Notes under the pieces: generated by a model | Databases searched by the model: none | What the model saw: the letters and a program-made list of their open reading frames with translations, nothing else | Told to the model about the DNA's origin: nothing | Source of the DNA: Macrostomum hystrix | Lineage: Eukaryota > Animalia > Platyhelminthes | Length of the DNA: 64,000 bases | Assembly (NCBI GenBank): GCA_950097015.1 | Contig: CATNEN010000001.1 | Location: 18,476,001-18,540,000 of the forward strand | Reading direction: 5' to 3' | Shown here: piece after piece, positions 1 through 11,947 of the stretch | How the letters are laid out: each line of letters opens with the position of its first letter | Position numbering within the stretch: position 1 is the first letter of the stretch | Position numbers and translations under genes: made by a program

Positions 1-177
1 TCGCCATTGAGTTTATACAGAGCAATGTGAGTTGTCTTTGTCACCAGAATCGCTGAATATCTCGACGATGATCTAAGAGGTTCTTAGATCCTATGTTAGC
101 TAAGAGGTTCATTGTACTTCAGACAATCAAAAACGAACCGCTTTCGTGTAAAAAAACAGTCTTTTAACTTCTTCAAA

Positions 178-321
178 ATCTTCCACCTGACATCATTCCA
201 AATTGCAGTGGAGGAGGGAAGGCAGATCTTCCACCTGACATCATTCCAAATTGCAGTGGAGGAGGGAAGGCAGATCTTCCACCTGACATCATTCCAAATT
301 GCAGTGGAGGAGGGAAGGCAG
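178..321. repeat. 48-bp tandem repeat x3
   Basis: atcttccacctgacatcattccaaattgcagtggaggagggaaggcag three times. Confidence 0.95.
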
Positions 322-336
322 TTTGTTGCCAGCAGC

Positions 337-1134
337 ATGCTATCTAACAACGGGAATGAGCAGCAGCTGGTTGATCTGGAGAACAAACCAAAGAGTCGCG
401 GTCCCAGGGTGATCAGCACTGGCCTGATGCGAACTGGCACTAATGCACAGATGCTGGCTCTGGAGAAGCTGCTCGGCGGTCGCTGCTACCATATGCAAGT
501 GATCATGTCCGAGAAGAAGGACCATATGAAGCTCTGGTACAAAGCCGCCACAATGGGTCTGACTAGAGAACTAGCCGACCAAATATTCGACGGTTTCAGT
601 TCGGCTGCGGACTTTCCAACAGCAATGTTCTACCCGGAGTTGGTTGAGCTTTATCCCGATGCCAAATTCGTGCTCAGCGTGCGAGATCCAAAGCGTTGGG
701 CGACTAGCATGCAGCTCACAGTGGGCAAGGTGTACAGGGCTGTTGGTCGCATGTTGCCGCCCTGTCGCTGGCTGTGGGGCCTGACCTATTTTAAACGGCT
801 TCACGACGCCATCTTTCAGTCCAGATTGCCGCTGAATTTCGACATGTCCGAAGAAGAACTTGTCGCAGTGTTTGAGCGTCACAGCGAGGCTGTAATAAGG
901 ACTATTCCCGCGGACAAGCTGTTGCTGTATCGTGTCACAGACGGTTGGGAGCCATTGTGCAAGCACCTGGATCTGCCAGTGCCTGATAAACCGTTTCCGC
1001 ATGTTCAAGACAGCAAAGAGTTTGAATTCTTTGCCAATTTTATTAGCATAGCGGCTGTGGTCACTAATGTGACTCTCTGCTCCATTGCGGGAGCTGTAGT
1101 CCTTGTCATTGTTGGTTTATTTTGGCTGCGTTGA
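337..1134 (+). CDS. Sulfotransferase, SULT-OR/Sulfotransfer_4-like, copy 1 (265 aa)
   Basis: Motifs GLMRTGT (5'-PSB loop), CYHM, DFP, LSVRDP, DGWEPLC. The first real ATG is at 337 after ttgccag/cag; the ORF extension from 112 is a 48-bp repeat. C-terminal hydrophobic helix. Confidence 0.9.
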   Translation: MLSNNGNEQQLVDLENKPKSRGPRVISTGLMRTGTNAQMLALEKLLGGRCYHMQVIMSEKKDHMKLWYKAATMGLTRELADQIFDGFSSAADFPTAMFYPELVELYPDAKFVLSVRDPKRWATSMQLTVGKVYRAVGRMLPPCRWLWGLTYFKRLHDAIFQSRLPLNFDMSEEELVAVFERHSEAVIRTIPADKLLLYRVTDGWEPLCKHLDLPVPDKPFPHVQDSKEFEFFANFISIAAVVTNVTLCSIAGAVVLVIVGLFWLR

Positions 1135-1606
1135 AACTTAAACTGATGCGACTGTTGACGTTCACATAGTACATGAGCAACTGGAAAGTGAACTCATGCT
1201 TAGCTAGTTTTCCAGTGATACCTCAGTTTTTTCTTTTTTTATTAGACATTTTAATTTCTTTACAATGTTCGCTGAACGGATACTCATTCCTTTCGCTTTA
1301 TCTTTTGCATTTTCTTTCGCTAAAGTATATTTTACATGTTAGTCACCTAAGCAATTTATTTTTGCAGTATTTACCATATACTGCAAACAAAAACTTGTGC
1401 TTTTCTTACTTTTTAAAAGTACAACTTTATTTTTTTCCAACTTAGAATTTTTTTCAGTTTTTTTTTCGACGAATTTTGCGCTTCTATGTTCTTTGATTCA
1501 TTGTTCTATGTTCATTGATGCTCATTGATGCTCATGTAGTAAATGATAAATGATTTTTGATACCAATGCTTTGTTTTTCGCCAACCAAAAAATTTGGTTA
1601 ATTGGG

Positions 1607-1661
1607 TGGACCTGCAGCCAGCGAGGAGGCAATTCTGCCCATTCAGGTGACTCCTGAGCAG

Positions 1662-1693
<32 letters not shown>

Positions 1694-1890
1694 AGGGGTG
1701 TGTATCTGCCCTGAGCTTTTTATTGTCAGGCAGTGCACACACTCACTGGGCCTAGGTGGTAGGCCCTCAGAGGCGTAGATTGCATGACAAGCCACCAAGC
1801 CTTCTCTCCGCGGCTGCGCCCCAAATGAATGTGACCTCGCCGTTCAATCCAGGGACTTTAGTGCAAGGTGCAGACGCTTAATACCGCATG
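1607..1890 (-). mobile_element. tRNA-derived SINE family A copy with internal (CA)n
   Basis: Reverse complement matches the element at 32914/52690 (ggggcgcagccgcggagagaaggctt...gggcagaattgcctcctcgctgg). Confidence 0.75.
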
Positions 1891-2164
1891 CTATATGCTC
1901 ACAACTATTGACTGGCTACGTGCAATATGGCCTTTTGAAATTAAATTCTTGTTTTTTGCAATTGCAATCATTAAATTGAGCAAATTCTGAAATATTCTGA
2001 AATTAGCATAGTAGTCGGTTTCTTGGTTTTTACATGCTTGTTCTACCTTCGCTTGTAAAGTACTGTTCCGTTTTTAATTAATAATGGCGAGTGTCATTCG
2101 ATGTCAAAAGACTTCTGATCACATTTCAGCACTAGCAAAGTGCAGCAATTTTTGACCAATCAAA

Positions 2165-2941
2165 ATGGTTAGCCAGCTACAACAGAAGCAGCCAACCTCT
2201 GGCCCATTGGTGATTGGCGTTGGCCTAATGAGAACTGGCACCAATTCGCAGATGAAGGCACTTGAAATCTTGCTTGGCGGTCCGTGCTATCACATGATGG
2301 TCATCATGGGACAGAAGCGGCATCACCTTCAACTCTGGTACAAGGCCTCCAAAGAGGGCCTGACGAAGGAGACGGCCGACAAGATGCTTGGCGGCTTCAG
2401 CGCCTCCACAGACTTTCCAACGGCTCATTTCTATCCGGAACTGATGGAGATTTATCCCGATGCCAAGTTTGTGCTGAGCGTCCGCGAGCCCAAGCGCTGG
2501 GTGGAGAGTGTTCGCGGCACGATCTTTCAGGGCATGAAGGCTATTGGTCGAATGTTGCCGCCCACCCTGTGGCTCTTCGGTCTCACCTACTTCCTGCCTC
2601 TGCATCACAGCGTACTGCAGTCTCGCTTGGGTCTACGGTTTGACATGTCCGACGAAGAGATGATGCAAGTGTTTCATAGGCACACGGAGGCTGTCAAGAG
2701 AACCATTCCGAAGGAGCGCCTGTTGGTGTTCAAAGTGTCGGACGGCTGGGATCCGTTGTGCCAGTTTCTCGGCCTGCCCGTGCCGGATGTTCCATTTCCT
2801 AATGTGAACGATACGGCTCAGTTTAAAAAAGTTGTCCTGCTCATGAACGTGTTTGGCGCGCTGGGTAATTTGGGCTTCTGCTCGGCTGTTGGGGTAGCGG
2901 CGTGGTTCGGCTGCAAGTACTGTCTCCGTAATTTCGCCTGA
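2165..2941 (+). CDS. Sulfotransferase, SULT-OR-like, copy 2 (258 aa)
   Basis: Same motif set (GLMRTGT, CYHM, TDFP, LSVREP, DGWDPLC, FPNVN). Acceptor catttcag ends at 2129. Confidence 0.92.
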   Translation: MVSQLQQKQPTSGPLVIGVGLMRTGTNSQMKALEILLGGPCYHMMVIMGQKRHHLQLWYKASKEGLTKETADKMLGGFSASTDFPTAHFYPELMEIYPDAKFVLSVREPKRWVESVRGTIFQGMKAIGRMLPPTLWLFGLTYFLPLHHSVLQSRLGLRFDMSDEEMMQVFHRHTEAVKRTIPKERLLVFKVSDGWDPLCQFLGLPVPDVPFPNVNDTAQFKKVVLLMNVFGALGNLGFCSAVGVAAWFGCKYCLRNFA

Positions 2942-3549
2942 TGGCGTCGAAGCCTTCTGATGGCATACTGAGCTTATCCTGTGGAGTTTTTGGCTCGCAT
3001 CAATTTAGTGACTTAACTAAATAAGTAGTGTCGCATGTTTTTCGTTGCTTGATTCTTCCTTGATTGGCTCATTGATTTCGAAGCATAAATGTTCCCCTAT
3101 TTTTATTTTACCTGTCGCTTTTTACAAGTTTAGATTGCAATTTAAAAAAAAAAATACAAAATACTCTTCATTTCTTTTTTTGTCAATGCTTTATCGGTCC
3201 ACTGTGGTTTGATACTCGTAATCGCAGGTAAATTTTCTTGCTGTTTTGCCCACTTTTTTGGCAACTCAAGCATTAGAAAACAGTTATGAATTTCGCTCTT
3301 ACAATTTTATATTATTGCTATAGTTGCTATTCTATGCATTATAGAATCACACCTTATCGGAATATTTATTGATTTAGTTTGCTTAGATTGCTTTGCTTCT
3401 AAAAACGGGTATGTTTGCAATTTTTGTTGTGTCTTTAGCTGTCAAATTAGGCAATAAATTTTACTAAATGCTTTTCCTACTGGTTGAAAGTCTTACATTT
3501 TCGTTCTTTGTCGGAAAATTTTAGTCCGATTCGATTTAGTTAAAGGATA

Positions 3550-5470
3550 GCTTCAGGCAGTGAAAGTTGGTCTTTAGTTTCAGGCAGTGAAAGTCTGTCT
3601 TTAGTTTCAGGCAGTGAAGTCTGTCTTTAGTTTCAGGCAGTGAAAGTCTGTCTTTAGTTTCAGGCAGTGATAGTCTGTCTTTAGTTTCAGGCAGTGAAAG
3701 TCTGTCTTTAGTTTCAGGCAGTGATAGTCTGTCTTTAGTTTCAGGCAGTGAAAGTTGGTCTTTAGTTTCAGACAGTGAAAGTCTGTCTTTAGTTTCAGGC
3801 AGTGAAAGTCTGTCTTTAGTTTCAGGCAGTGATAGTCTGTCTTTAGTTTCAGGCAGTGAAAGTCTGTCTTTAGTTTCAGGCAGTGATAGTCTGTCTTTAG
3901 TTTCAGGCAGTGAAAGTTGGTCTGTAGCTTCAGGCAGTTAAAGTCTGTCTTTAGTTTCAGGCAGTGATAGTCTGTCTTTAGTTTCAGGCAGTGAAAGTTG
4001 GTCTGTAGCTTCAGGCAGTGAAAGTCTGTCTTTAGTTTCAGGCAGTGATAGTCTGTCTTTAGTTTCAGGCAGTGAAAGTCTGTCTTTAGTTTCAGGCAGT
4101 GAAAGTCTGTCTTTAGTTTCAGGCAGTGATAGTCTGTCTTTAGTTTCAGGCAGTGATAGTCTGTCTTTAGTTTCAGGCAGTGATAGTCTGTCTGTAGCTT
4201 CAGGCAGTGAAAGTCTGTCTTTAGTTTCAGGCAGTGAAAGTCTGTCTTTAGTTTCAGGCAGTGAAAGTCTGTCTTTAGTTTCAGGCAGTGAAAGTCTGTC
4301 TTTAGTTTCAGGCAGTGAAAGTCTGTCTTTAGTTTCAGGCAGTGAAAGTTGGTCTGTAGCTTCAGGCAGTGAAAGTCTGTCTTTAGTTTCAGGCAGTGAT
4401 AGTCTGTCTTTAGTTTCAGGCAGTGAAAGTCTGTCTTTAGTTTCAGGCAGTGAAAGTCTGTCTTTAGTTTCAGGCAGTGATAGTCTGTCTTTAGTTTCAG
4501 GCAGTGATAGTCTGTCTTTAGTTTCAGGCAGTTAAAGTCTGTCTGTAGCTTCAGGCAGTGAAAGTCTGTCTTTAGTTTCAGGCAGTGAAAGTCTGTCTTT
4601 AGTTTCAGGCAGTGAAAGTCTGTCTTTAGTTTCAGGCAGTGAAAGTCTGTCTTTAGTTTCAGGCAGTGAAAGTCTGTCTTTAGTTTCAGGCAGTTAAAGT
4701 CTGTCTTTAGTTTCAGACAGTGAAAGTCTGTCTTTAGTTTCAGGCAGTGAAAGTCTGTCTTTAGTTTCAGGCAGTGAAAGTCTGTCTTTAGTTTCAGGCA
4801 GTGAAAGTCTGTCTTTAGTTTCAGGCAGTGAAAGTCTGTCTTTAGTTTCAGGCAGTGATAGTCTGTCTTTAGTTTCAGGCAGTGAAAGTTGGTCTGTAGC
4901 TTCAGGCAGTGAAAGTCTGTCTTTAGTTTCAGGCAGTGAAAGTCTGTCTTTAGTTTCAGGCAGTGAAAGTCTGTCTTTAGTTTCAGGCAGTTAAAGTCTG
5001 TCTTTAGTTTCAGACAGTGAAAGTCTGTCTTTAGTTTCAGGCAGTGAAAGTCTGTCTTTAGTTTCAGACAGTGAAAGTCTGTCTTTAGTTTCAGGCAGTG
5101 AAGTCTGTCTTTAGTTTCAGGCAGTGAAAGTCTGTCTTTAGTTTCAGGCAGTGAAAGTCTGTCTTTAGTTTCAGGCAGTGAAAGTCTGTCTTTAGTTTCA
5201 GGCAGTGAAAGTCTGTCTTTAGTTTCAGGCAGTGAAAGTCTGTCTTTAGTTTCAGGCAGTCAAAGTCTGTCTTTAGTTTCAGGCAGTGAAAGTCTGTCTT
5301 TAGTTTCAGGCAGTTAAAGTCTGTCTTTAGTTTCAGGCAGTGAAAGTTGGTCTGTAGCTTCAGGCAGTGAAAGTTGGTCTGTAGCTTCAGGCAGTGAAAG
5401 TTGGTCTGTAGCTCCTGGCAGTGAAAGTTGGTCTGTAGCTCCTGGCAGTGAAAGTTGGTCTGTAGCTTCA
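3550..5470. repeat. 27-bp minisatellite (about 70 copies)
   Basis: Unit ttcaggcagtgaaagtctgtctttagt. Confidence 0.97.
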
Positions 5471-5532
5471 TGAAGTTGATCCATTTCATTGTATTGCACT
5501 CTCAGGTGATTAGACTGCGAAGACTGTTAGCA

Positions 5533-6309
5533 ATGCAGCGCGTTCTTCAACAGCAGCAGAGCAGCTCCGAGCTGATGGTGATTGGCGCCGGCCTAATGCG
5601 GACTGGCACCAATTCGCAGATGAAAGCGCTGGAGATTCTGTACGGCAGTCGCTGCTACCACATGGAAGTGATTCTCAAGGAGAGACGCCATCATTTCAAG
5701 CTGTGGTACCAAGCTACAATGAATGGCCTGACCAAGGAACTGGCCTACGAAATCTTCGACGGCTTTCGCCTAACCACAGACTTTCCAGCGGCGCATTTCT
5801 ACGAGGAGCTAATGGAGATTTATCCCAACGCCAAGTTCGTGCTCAGTGTTCGCGATCCCAAACAATGGGTAGCCAGTGTTCGCGGCACCGTTTTGATGAT
5901 GAGCAAAGCACTTAACAGTATGCTGCCACCTGTCCGGTGGCTGATGGGCTTGACTTACTTATCGCCAGTGATTGAACTCATTCTGAAACGGCGTCTCGGC
6001 TTTGAGTTCAACATGACAGATGAAGAAATGATTCAGGTGTTCAATCGCCACACCGAAGCTGTGAAGCGGGTCATTCCCGAGGAGCGCCTGTTGGTGTTTC
6101 GAGTGTCAGACGGTTGGGAGCCATTGTGCAAGTTTCTCGGCTTGCCAGTTCCCGAACAGCCGTTTCCCAATGTGAACGACACCGAGCATTTCCAGCGTAG
6201 AACGCGCTTTATTCGCGCAACTGGCGCCGTGCTGAACGTAGCGTTCTGCGCCGCCGTTGGCTCGGCTGTCTGGTTCGGCGCCAAGTCCTGCCTGCGCAGA
6301 TGGGGCTGA
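5533..6309 (+). CDS. Sulfotransferase, SULT-OR-like, copy 3 (258 aa)
   Basis: Same motifs. Acceptor ctctcag ends at 5505; ATG at 5533 (MQRVLQQ). Confidence 0.9.
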   Translation: MQRVLQQQQSSSELMVIGAGLMRTGTNSQMKALEILYGSRCYHMEVILKERRHHFKLWYQATMNGLTKELAYEIFDGFRLTTDFPAAHFYEELMEIYPNAKFVLSVRDPKQWVASVRGTVLMMSKALNSMLPPVRWLMGLTYLSPVIELILKRRLGFEFNMTDEEMIQVFNRHTEAVKRVIPEERLLVFRVSDGWEPLCKFLGLPVPEQPFPNVNDTEHFQRRTRFIRATGAVLNVAFCAAVGSAVWFGAKSCLRRWG

Positions 6310-6691
6310 AATAATGATGACTATTAGATGGGGCTTCGTGCACTTCTGTATGTCACAGATTTGCTATTGTTCTATTTATTTTATACTCCTACGCCTGTAG
6401 ACTTTTTAACTAGAAATACATTTTCCTCTTTTTCGAAGCTTTCTTCTCTCGATTTACATAACTGAAGAGCATAAAATAGCATAACTTATTTATACAATTG
6501 TCTTCTTCTTCTCAAAACATGCTTCGAATAAACTTAACGCAATTTTATCAAATACGACAAAATGCACAAGTTTTAGTGTTTGCCAATAAAAAATTGTTTT
6601 TTTCGATTTTTTAGTCTGTCTAAAAAACTAAAATAGGTAAAAATAGCACTGACGAATTAAAAATTTTACTGCAAGGAATTTCAAATTTACA

Positions 6692-6750
6692 GGCGGTCAG
6701 TGGCTGAGCGGTTAACGCGTTTTCCTCTCGCGCCAAGGTCCCGAGAGGAA
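6692..6750 (+). mobile_element. SINE family A, 5' head fragment
   Basis: gtggctgagcggttaacgcgttttcctctcgcgccaaggtccc matches the SINE head (A box). Confidence 0.65.
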
Positions 6751-6794
6751 CCAAATTTTCATCTCCAATTTTCCTGTTTTCAGATCGGCAGACC

Positions 6795-7577
6795 ATGGCC
6801 TTCAGCAAAGAGCCTTCAAGCCGGCTCCCATCAACTGGTCCATTGGTGATTGGTGCCGGCCTGATGAGAACTGGCACCAACTCGCAAATGAAAGCCCTGG
6901 AGATCTTGTTAGGCGGTCGTTGCTACCACATGAAGGTTTTGATGTCTGAGAGACGACCCCATGTCCGGCTGTGGTACAAAGCCACCAGGCAGGGCATGAC
7001 GAAGGCGCTGGCTGACGAACTTCTCGACGGTTTCGTCGCAACGACAGACTTTCCGGCTGCTCATTTCTACGCTGAGTTTGCTGAGATTTATCCGAACGCC
7101 AAGTTTGTGCTCAGCGTGAGAGACCCGGTGCGCTGGGTGCGCAGTGTTCGAGCCACTATTCAGAAAGGCACTGAAATAGTAAAAAAGCTTTACTTGCCGG
7201 TCCAGTGGCTGATGGGCATTCACTACTACCACCCGCTTATCACCGACCTGTTAAATTCGCGTCTAAATTTTCGATTCGAAATGTCCGACGAAGACATGAT
7301 TAGATCGTTCGAAGAGCACATTGGAGCCGTTCGGGGGACTATTCCGAAAGAGCGCTTGTTAGTGTTTCGCGTTGCTGATGGTTGGGAGCCGCTGTGCGAA
7401 TTCTTGCAGCTCCCTGTGCCCCAGGTACCGTTTCCCAATGTAAACGACACTGAGGAGTTTCAGAGAGGCTTGACCAACTTTAACATTGTGGTGGCTGCCT
7501 ACAATGCGGCCTTTTGCTGCTTTGTTGGAGCCGGCCTTTGGTTTGGAGCCAAATTCTTCTTGAAGAACTGGTGCTGA
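6795..7577 (+). CDS. Sulfotransferase, SULT-OR-like, copy 4 (260 aa)
   Basis: Same motifs. Acceptor ttttcctgttttcag ends at 6783. Confidence 0.92.
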   Translation: MAFSKEPSSRLPSTGPLVIGAGLMRTGTNSQMKALEILLGGRCYHMKVLMSERRPHVRLWYKATRQGMTKALADELLDGFVATTDFPAAHFYAEFAEIYPNAKFVLSVRDPVRWVRSVRATIQKGTEIVKKLYLPVQWLMGIHYYHPLITDLLNSRLNFRFEMSDEDMIRSFEEHIGAVRGTIPKERLLVFRVADGWEPLCEFLQLPVPQVPFPNVNDTEEFQRGLTNFNIVVAAYNAAFCCFVGAGLWFGAKFFLKNWC

Positions 7578-7897
7578 CCACAGATTCGACGTCTCTTTGT
7601 TAAATTCTAGGATCATTCGAAGTATACACTAAATCAGTTTTCAAGTTTTCGAAATTCTTTCAAATTTTTGTATTCCGCCTCCTGTCTAGGTTCATATATT
7701 CATTTTTGCCTTTCAACCCGTTCTGTCTTCCGTCTAATATGTGACTGCATTGTGTCTGTGATATTTATGCTCGTACATTTTTCTAAAGCAAGCTCATCAC
7801 CTCACGTTTTTAGGTACTTTTTGAAATTCATACAAAAAACGGCTTAATTTTCTTTTAAATTGAAAGCTATTTACTAAACTAGGCGTTGCAGAATTAT

Positions 7898-9178
7898 TGT
7901 CAGTGTCAGAGTTGTCAGGAAAGAGTCAGTTTCAGAGTTGTCAGGAAAGAGTCAGTGTCAGAGTTGTCAGGAAAGAGTCAGTGTCAGAGTTGTCAGGAAA
8001 GAGTCAGTTTCAGAGTTGTCAGGAAAGAGTCAGTTTCAGAGTTGTCAGGAAAGAGTCAGTGTCAGAGTTGTCAGGAAAGAGTCAGTTTCAGAGTTGTCAG
8101 GAATGAGTCAGTGTCAGAGTTGTCAGGAAAGAGTCAGTGTCAGAGTTGTCAGGAAAGAGTCAGTTTCAGAGTTGTCAGGAAAGAGTCAGTTTCAGAGTTG
8201 TCAGGAAAGAGTCAGTGTCAGAGTTGTCAGGAAAGAGTCAGTTTCAGAGTTGTCAGGAATGAGTCAGTGTCAGAGTTGTCAGGAAAGAGTCAGTTTCAGA
8301 GTTGTCAGGAATGAGTCAGTTTCAGAGTTGTCAGGAATGAGTCAGTGTCAGAGTTGACAGGAAAGAGTCAGTTTCAGAGTTGTCAGGAAAGAGTCAGTGT
8401 CAGAGTTGTCAGGAAAGAGTCAGTTTCAGAGTTGTCAGGAAAGAGTCAGTTTCAGAGTTGTCAGGAAAGAGTCAGTTTCAGAGTTGTCGGGAAAGAGTCA
8501 GTTTCAGATTTATCAGAAATAGTCAAGTGTCAGATCTATCAGAAAAAGTCAAGTGTCAGATTTATCAAAAATTGTCAAGTGTCAGATTTATCAGAAATTG
8601 TCAAGTGTCAGATTTATCAGAAATAGTCAAGTGTCAGATTTATCAGAAATTGTCAAGTGTCAGATTTATCAAAAATTGTCAAGTGTCAGATTTATCAGAA
8701 ATAGTCAAGTGTCAGATTTATCAGAAATTGTCAAGTGTCAGATTTATCAGAAATTGTCAAGTGTCAGATTTATCAGAAATAGTCAAGTGTCAGATCTATC
8801 AGAAATTGTCAAGTGTCAGATTTATCAGAAATAGTCAAGTGTCAGATTTATCAGAAATTGTCAAGTGTCAGATTTATCAGAAATTGTCAAGTGTCAGATT
8901 TATCAGAAATTGTCAAGTGTCAGATTTATCAGAAATTGTCAAGTGTCAGATTTATCAGAAATAGTCAAGTGTCAGATTTATCAGAAATTGTCAAGTGTCA
9001 GATTTATCAGAAATTGTCAAGTGTCAGATTTATCAGAAATTGTCAAGTGTCAGATTTATCAGAAATAGTCAAGTGTCAGATTTATCAGAAATAGTCAAGT
9101 GTCAGATTTATCAGAAATAGTCAAGTGTCAGATTTATCAGAAATAGTCAAGTGTCAGATTTATCAGAAATAGTCAAGC
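7898..9178. repeat. 26-bp minisatellite, two sub-arrays
   Basis: gtcagtgtcagagttgtcaggaaaga to about 8505, then gtcaagtgtcagatttatcagaaatt. Confidence 0.97.
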
Positions 9179-9213
9179 TGAGTGAAACTAGCCGTATTTA
9201 TCCTTGCAGGCTG

Positions 9214-10005
9214 ATGGACCCATCGAAATTAAACCATGATGACAGCAACGGAGGTGGTGCTTCAACTGGTCCACTGGTGATTGGTGCAGGTCTGATGCGA
9301 ACTGGTACAAAGTCGCAGATGAAAGCTCTGGAGATCCTTCTAGGCGGTCGCTGCTACCACATGGAAGTGATCATGACAAAGAGAAAGTCGGATTTGAAGC
9401 TCTGGTACCAAGCAGCCAAAAGCGGTTTAACTAAAGACTTGTCCGACCAACTATTCGATGGATTCACGTGTTGCACAGACTTCCCGGCTGCACACTTTTA
9501 TTCGGAATTGATGTCAATATATCCCAACGCTAAGTTTGTGCTCAGCGTTCGAGATCCTAAACGATGGGTTGAGAGCATTCGCTGTACTATTATTCAGGTT
9601 AGCGTTAACCTGCACCTACTGTTCCCTCCTATGCGTTGGCTACTAAATATGTCATATTATCTGCCCTTGATGGAAACATTGTGCTCAAGAATTGGACTTC
9701 GATTCGATATGACAGACGACGAGATGATCCGTGCATTCAATAGGCACACGGAAGACGTGAAACGCGTCATTCCCAAGGAGCGCCTGTTGGTGTTTCGAGT
9801 GACCGACGGTTGGGAGCCATTGTGCAAGTTCCTTAATTTGCCAATTCCTAACGAACCGTTTCCCAATATCAACGATTCGGAGCACTTTAAACGTCGCGTG
9901 GCTTTTATTCGTAAGCGCCGCATACTGCTCAATGTGGCCTTCTGTGCCGTAGCCGGATCTGCCATCTGGTTCAGTGCTAGGCACCTGTTGAAATGCTACT
10001 TTTGA
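9214..10005 (+). CDS. Sulfotransferase, SULT-OR-like, copy 5 (263 aa)
   Basis: Same motifs. Acceptor tccttgcag ends at 9209; ATG at 9214 (MDPSKL). Confidence 0.9.
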   Translation: MDPSKLNHDDSNGGGASTGPLVIGAGLMRTGTKSQMKALEILLGGRCYHMEVIMTKRKSDLKLWYQAAKSGLTKDLSDQLFDGFTCCTDFPAAHFYSELMSIYPNAKFVLSVRDPKRWVESIRCTIIQVSVNLHLLFPPMRWLLNMSYYLPLMETLCSRIGLRFDMTDDEMIRAFNRHTEDVKRVIPKERLLVFRVTDGWEPLCKFLNLPIPNEPFPNINDSEHFKRRVAFIRKRRILLNVAFCAVAGSAIWFSARHLLKCYF

Positions 10006-10549
10006 CCGTAGAAATATCACGGGGTATTTCAATTACCAACATTTTTCTGTTTTTCTGTATCTCCGATTTTGTCGGAGTGTCTGGTGGCGAGAACCACAAA
10101 TACGAGTGGGTATTTGAAATGCCCCGTGGACTAATGACAAGCAATGACAAGCAATTACAAGCAAGACTGGCAAGCTCATTTTGCTTTGAGAATGTTTGTG
10201 TGTTCGTAATTTTCTATATTTATTGGGTCTGTCTTTAAATTGTTTGCCTGTGTATGTTTTTAACGCCTCAAAGAATCTGCAAAACTGTTTGTATGACCAA
10301 AGAAGATACTGTTGATCAATTTTTTATCCCATGCTTCATTATGCTTAATTAATATTGCAAGCTTTAGTTTCCAATAGCCTCCAATAACAAATATACTTTT
10401 TCATTGTAGAGACTTTTAAATCAATACGAATATTTATTGTTTGTGCTCTGGGGAGCAAAAGCTGACATTCAGAATCTAACTAATCCCCTTATTTGCAAAT
10501 TATCCTCACATTAAGCCAATATTTTGCCCTCATTGCGCTAATAATCCCA

Positions 10550-11820
10550 TAATAGCAGCAGGGAACCAATGTCCCCCAGCAGCAGAGAACCAATGTCCCC
10601 CTAGCAGCAGAGAACTAATGTTCCCCTAGCAGCAGAGAACCAATGTCCCCCTAGCAGCAGAGAACCAATGTCCCCCAGCAGCAGAGAACCAATGTTCCCC
10701 TAGCAGCAGAGAACCAATGTCCCCCTAGCAGCAGAGAACCAATGTTCCCCTAGCAGCAGAGAACCAATGTTCCCCCTAGCAGCAGAGAACCAATGTCCCC
10801 CCAGCAGCAGAGAACCAATGTTCCCCCAGCAGCAGAGAACTAATGTTCCCCCAGCAGCAGAGAACCAATGTTCCCCTAGCAGCAGAGAACCAATGTCCCC
10901 CTAGCAGCAGAGAACCAATGTCCCCCAGCAGCAGAGAACCAATGTCCCCCTAGCAGCAGAGAACCAATGTTTCACCCCAGCAGCAGAGAACCAATGTCCC
11001 CCCAGCAGCAGAGAACCAATGTTCCACCCCAGCAGCAGAGAACCAATGTTCCCCTAGCAGCAGAGAACCAATTATCCCCTAGCATCAGAGAACCAATGTC
11101 CCCCCAGCAGCAGAGAACCAATGCCCCCTAGCAGCAGAGAACCAATGTCCCCCCTAGCAGCAGAGAACCAATGTCCCCCTAGCAGCAGATAAGCAATGTC
11201 CCCTAGCAGCAGAGAACCAATTATCCCCTAGCATCAGAGAACCAATGTCCCCCCAGCAGCAGAGAACCAATGCCCCCTAGCAGCAGAGAACCAATGTCCC
11301 CTAGCAGCAGAGAACCAATGTCCCCCCAGCAGCAGAGAACCAATGTCCCCCCAGCAGCAGAGAACCAATGTCCCCCCAGCAGCAGAGAACCAATGTCCCC
11401 CCAGCAGCAGAGAACCAATGTCCCCCCCAAGCAACAGCGAACTAATGTCCCCCTAGCAGCAGAGAACCAATGTCCCCTAGCAGCAGAGAACCAATGTCCC
11501 CCCAGCAGCAGAGAACCAATGTCCCCCCAGCAGCAGAGAACCAATGTCCCCCCAGCAGCAGAGAACCAATGCCCCCTAGCAGCAGAGAACCAATGCCCCC
11601 TAGCAGCAGAGAACCAATGTCCCCCCAGCAGCAGAGAACCAATGTCCCCCCAGCAGCAGAGAACCAATGTCCCCCCAGCAGCAGAGAACCAATGTCCCCC
11701 CAGCAGCAGAGAACCAATGCCCCCTAGCAGCAGAGAACCAATGTCCCCCCTAGCAGCAGATAAGCAATGTCCCCCCAGCAGCAGAGAACCAATGTCCCCC
11801 CCTAGCAGCAGAGAACCAAT
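10550..11820. repeat. Minisatellite of roughly 25-30 bp with variable C-run
   Basis: Unit agcagcagagaaccaatgt(c)n. Confidence 0.96.
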
Positions 11821-11947
11821 GAATGCCCAGCAAACGCTTAATTTTCGGTTTATCGACATCCAAATGAAAATTTAGCGGTATAGAATAAGCTTATGTCATA
11901 ATCGACAACGTTAAATTTTTATTTCAGTTTTCTAAGCTCGGTTTTGA

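Noticed and set aside
112-336. N-terminal extension of SULT copy 1 with 16-aa repeats
   Set aside because: ORF starts at TTG, lies between a donor (27) and an acceptor (332/335), and is absent from paralogs.
3550-5470. CRISPR-like appearance of regular repeats
   Set aside because: No unique spacers, no cas genes, eukaryotic context.
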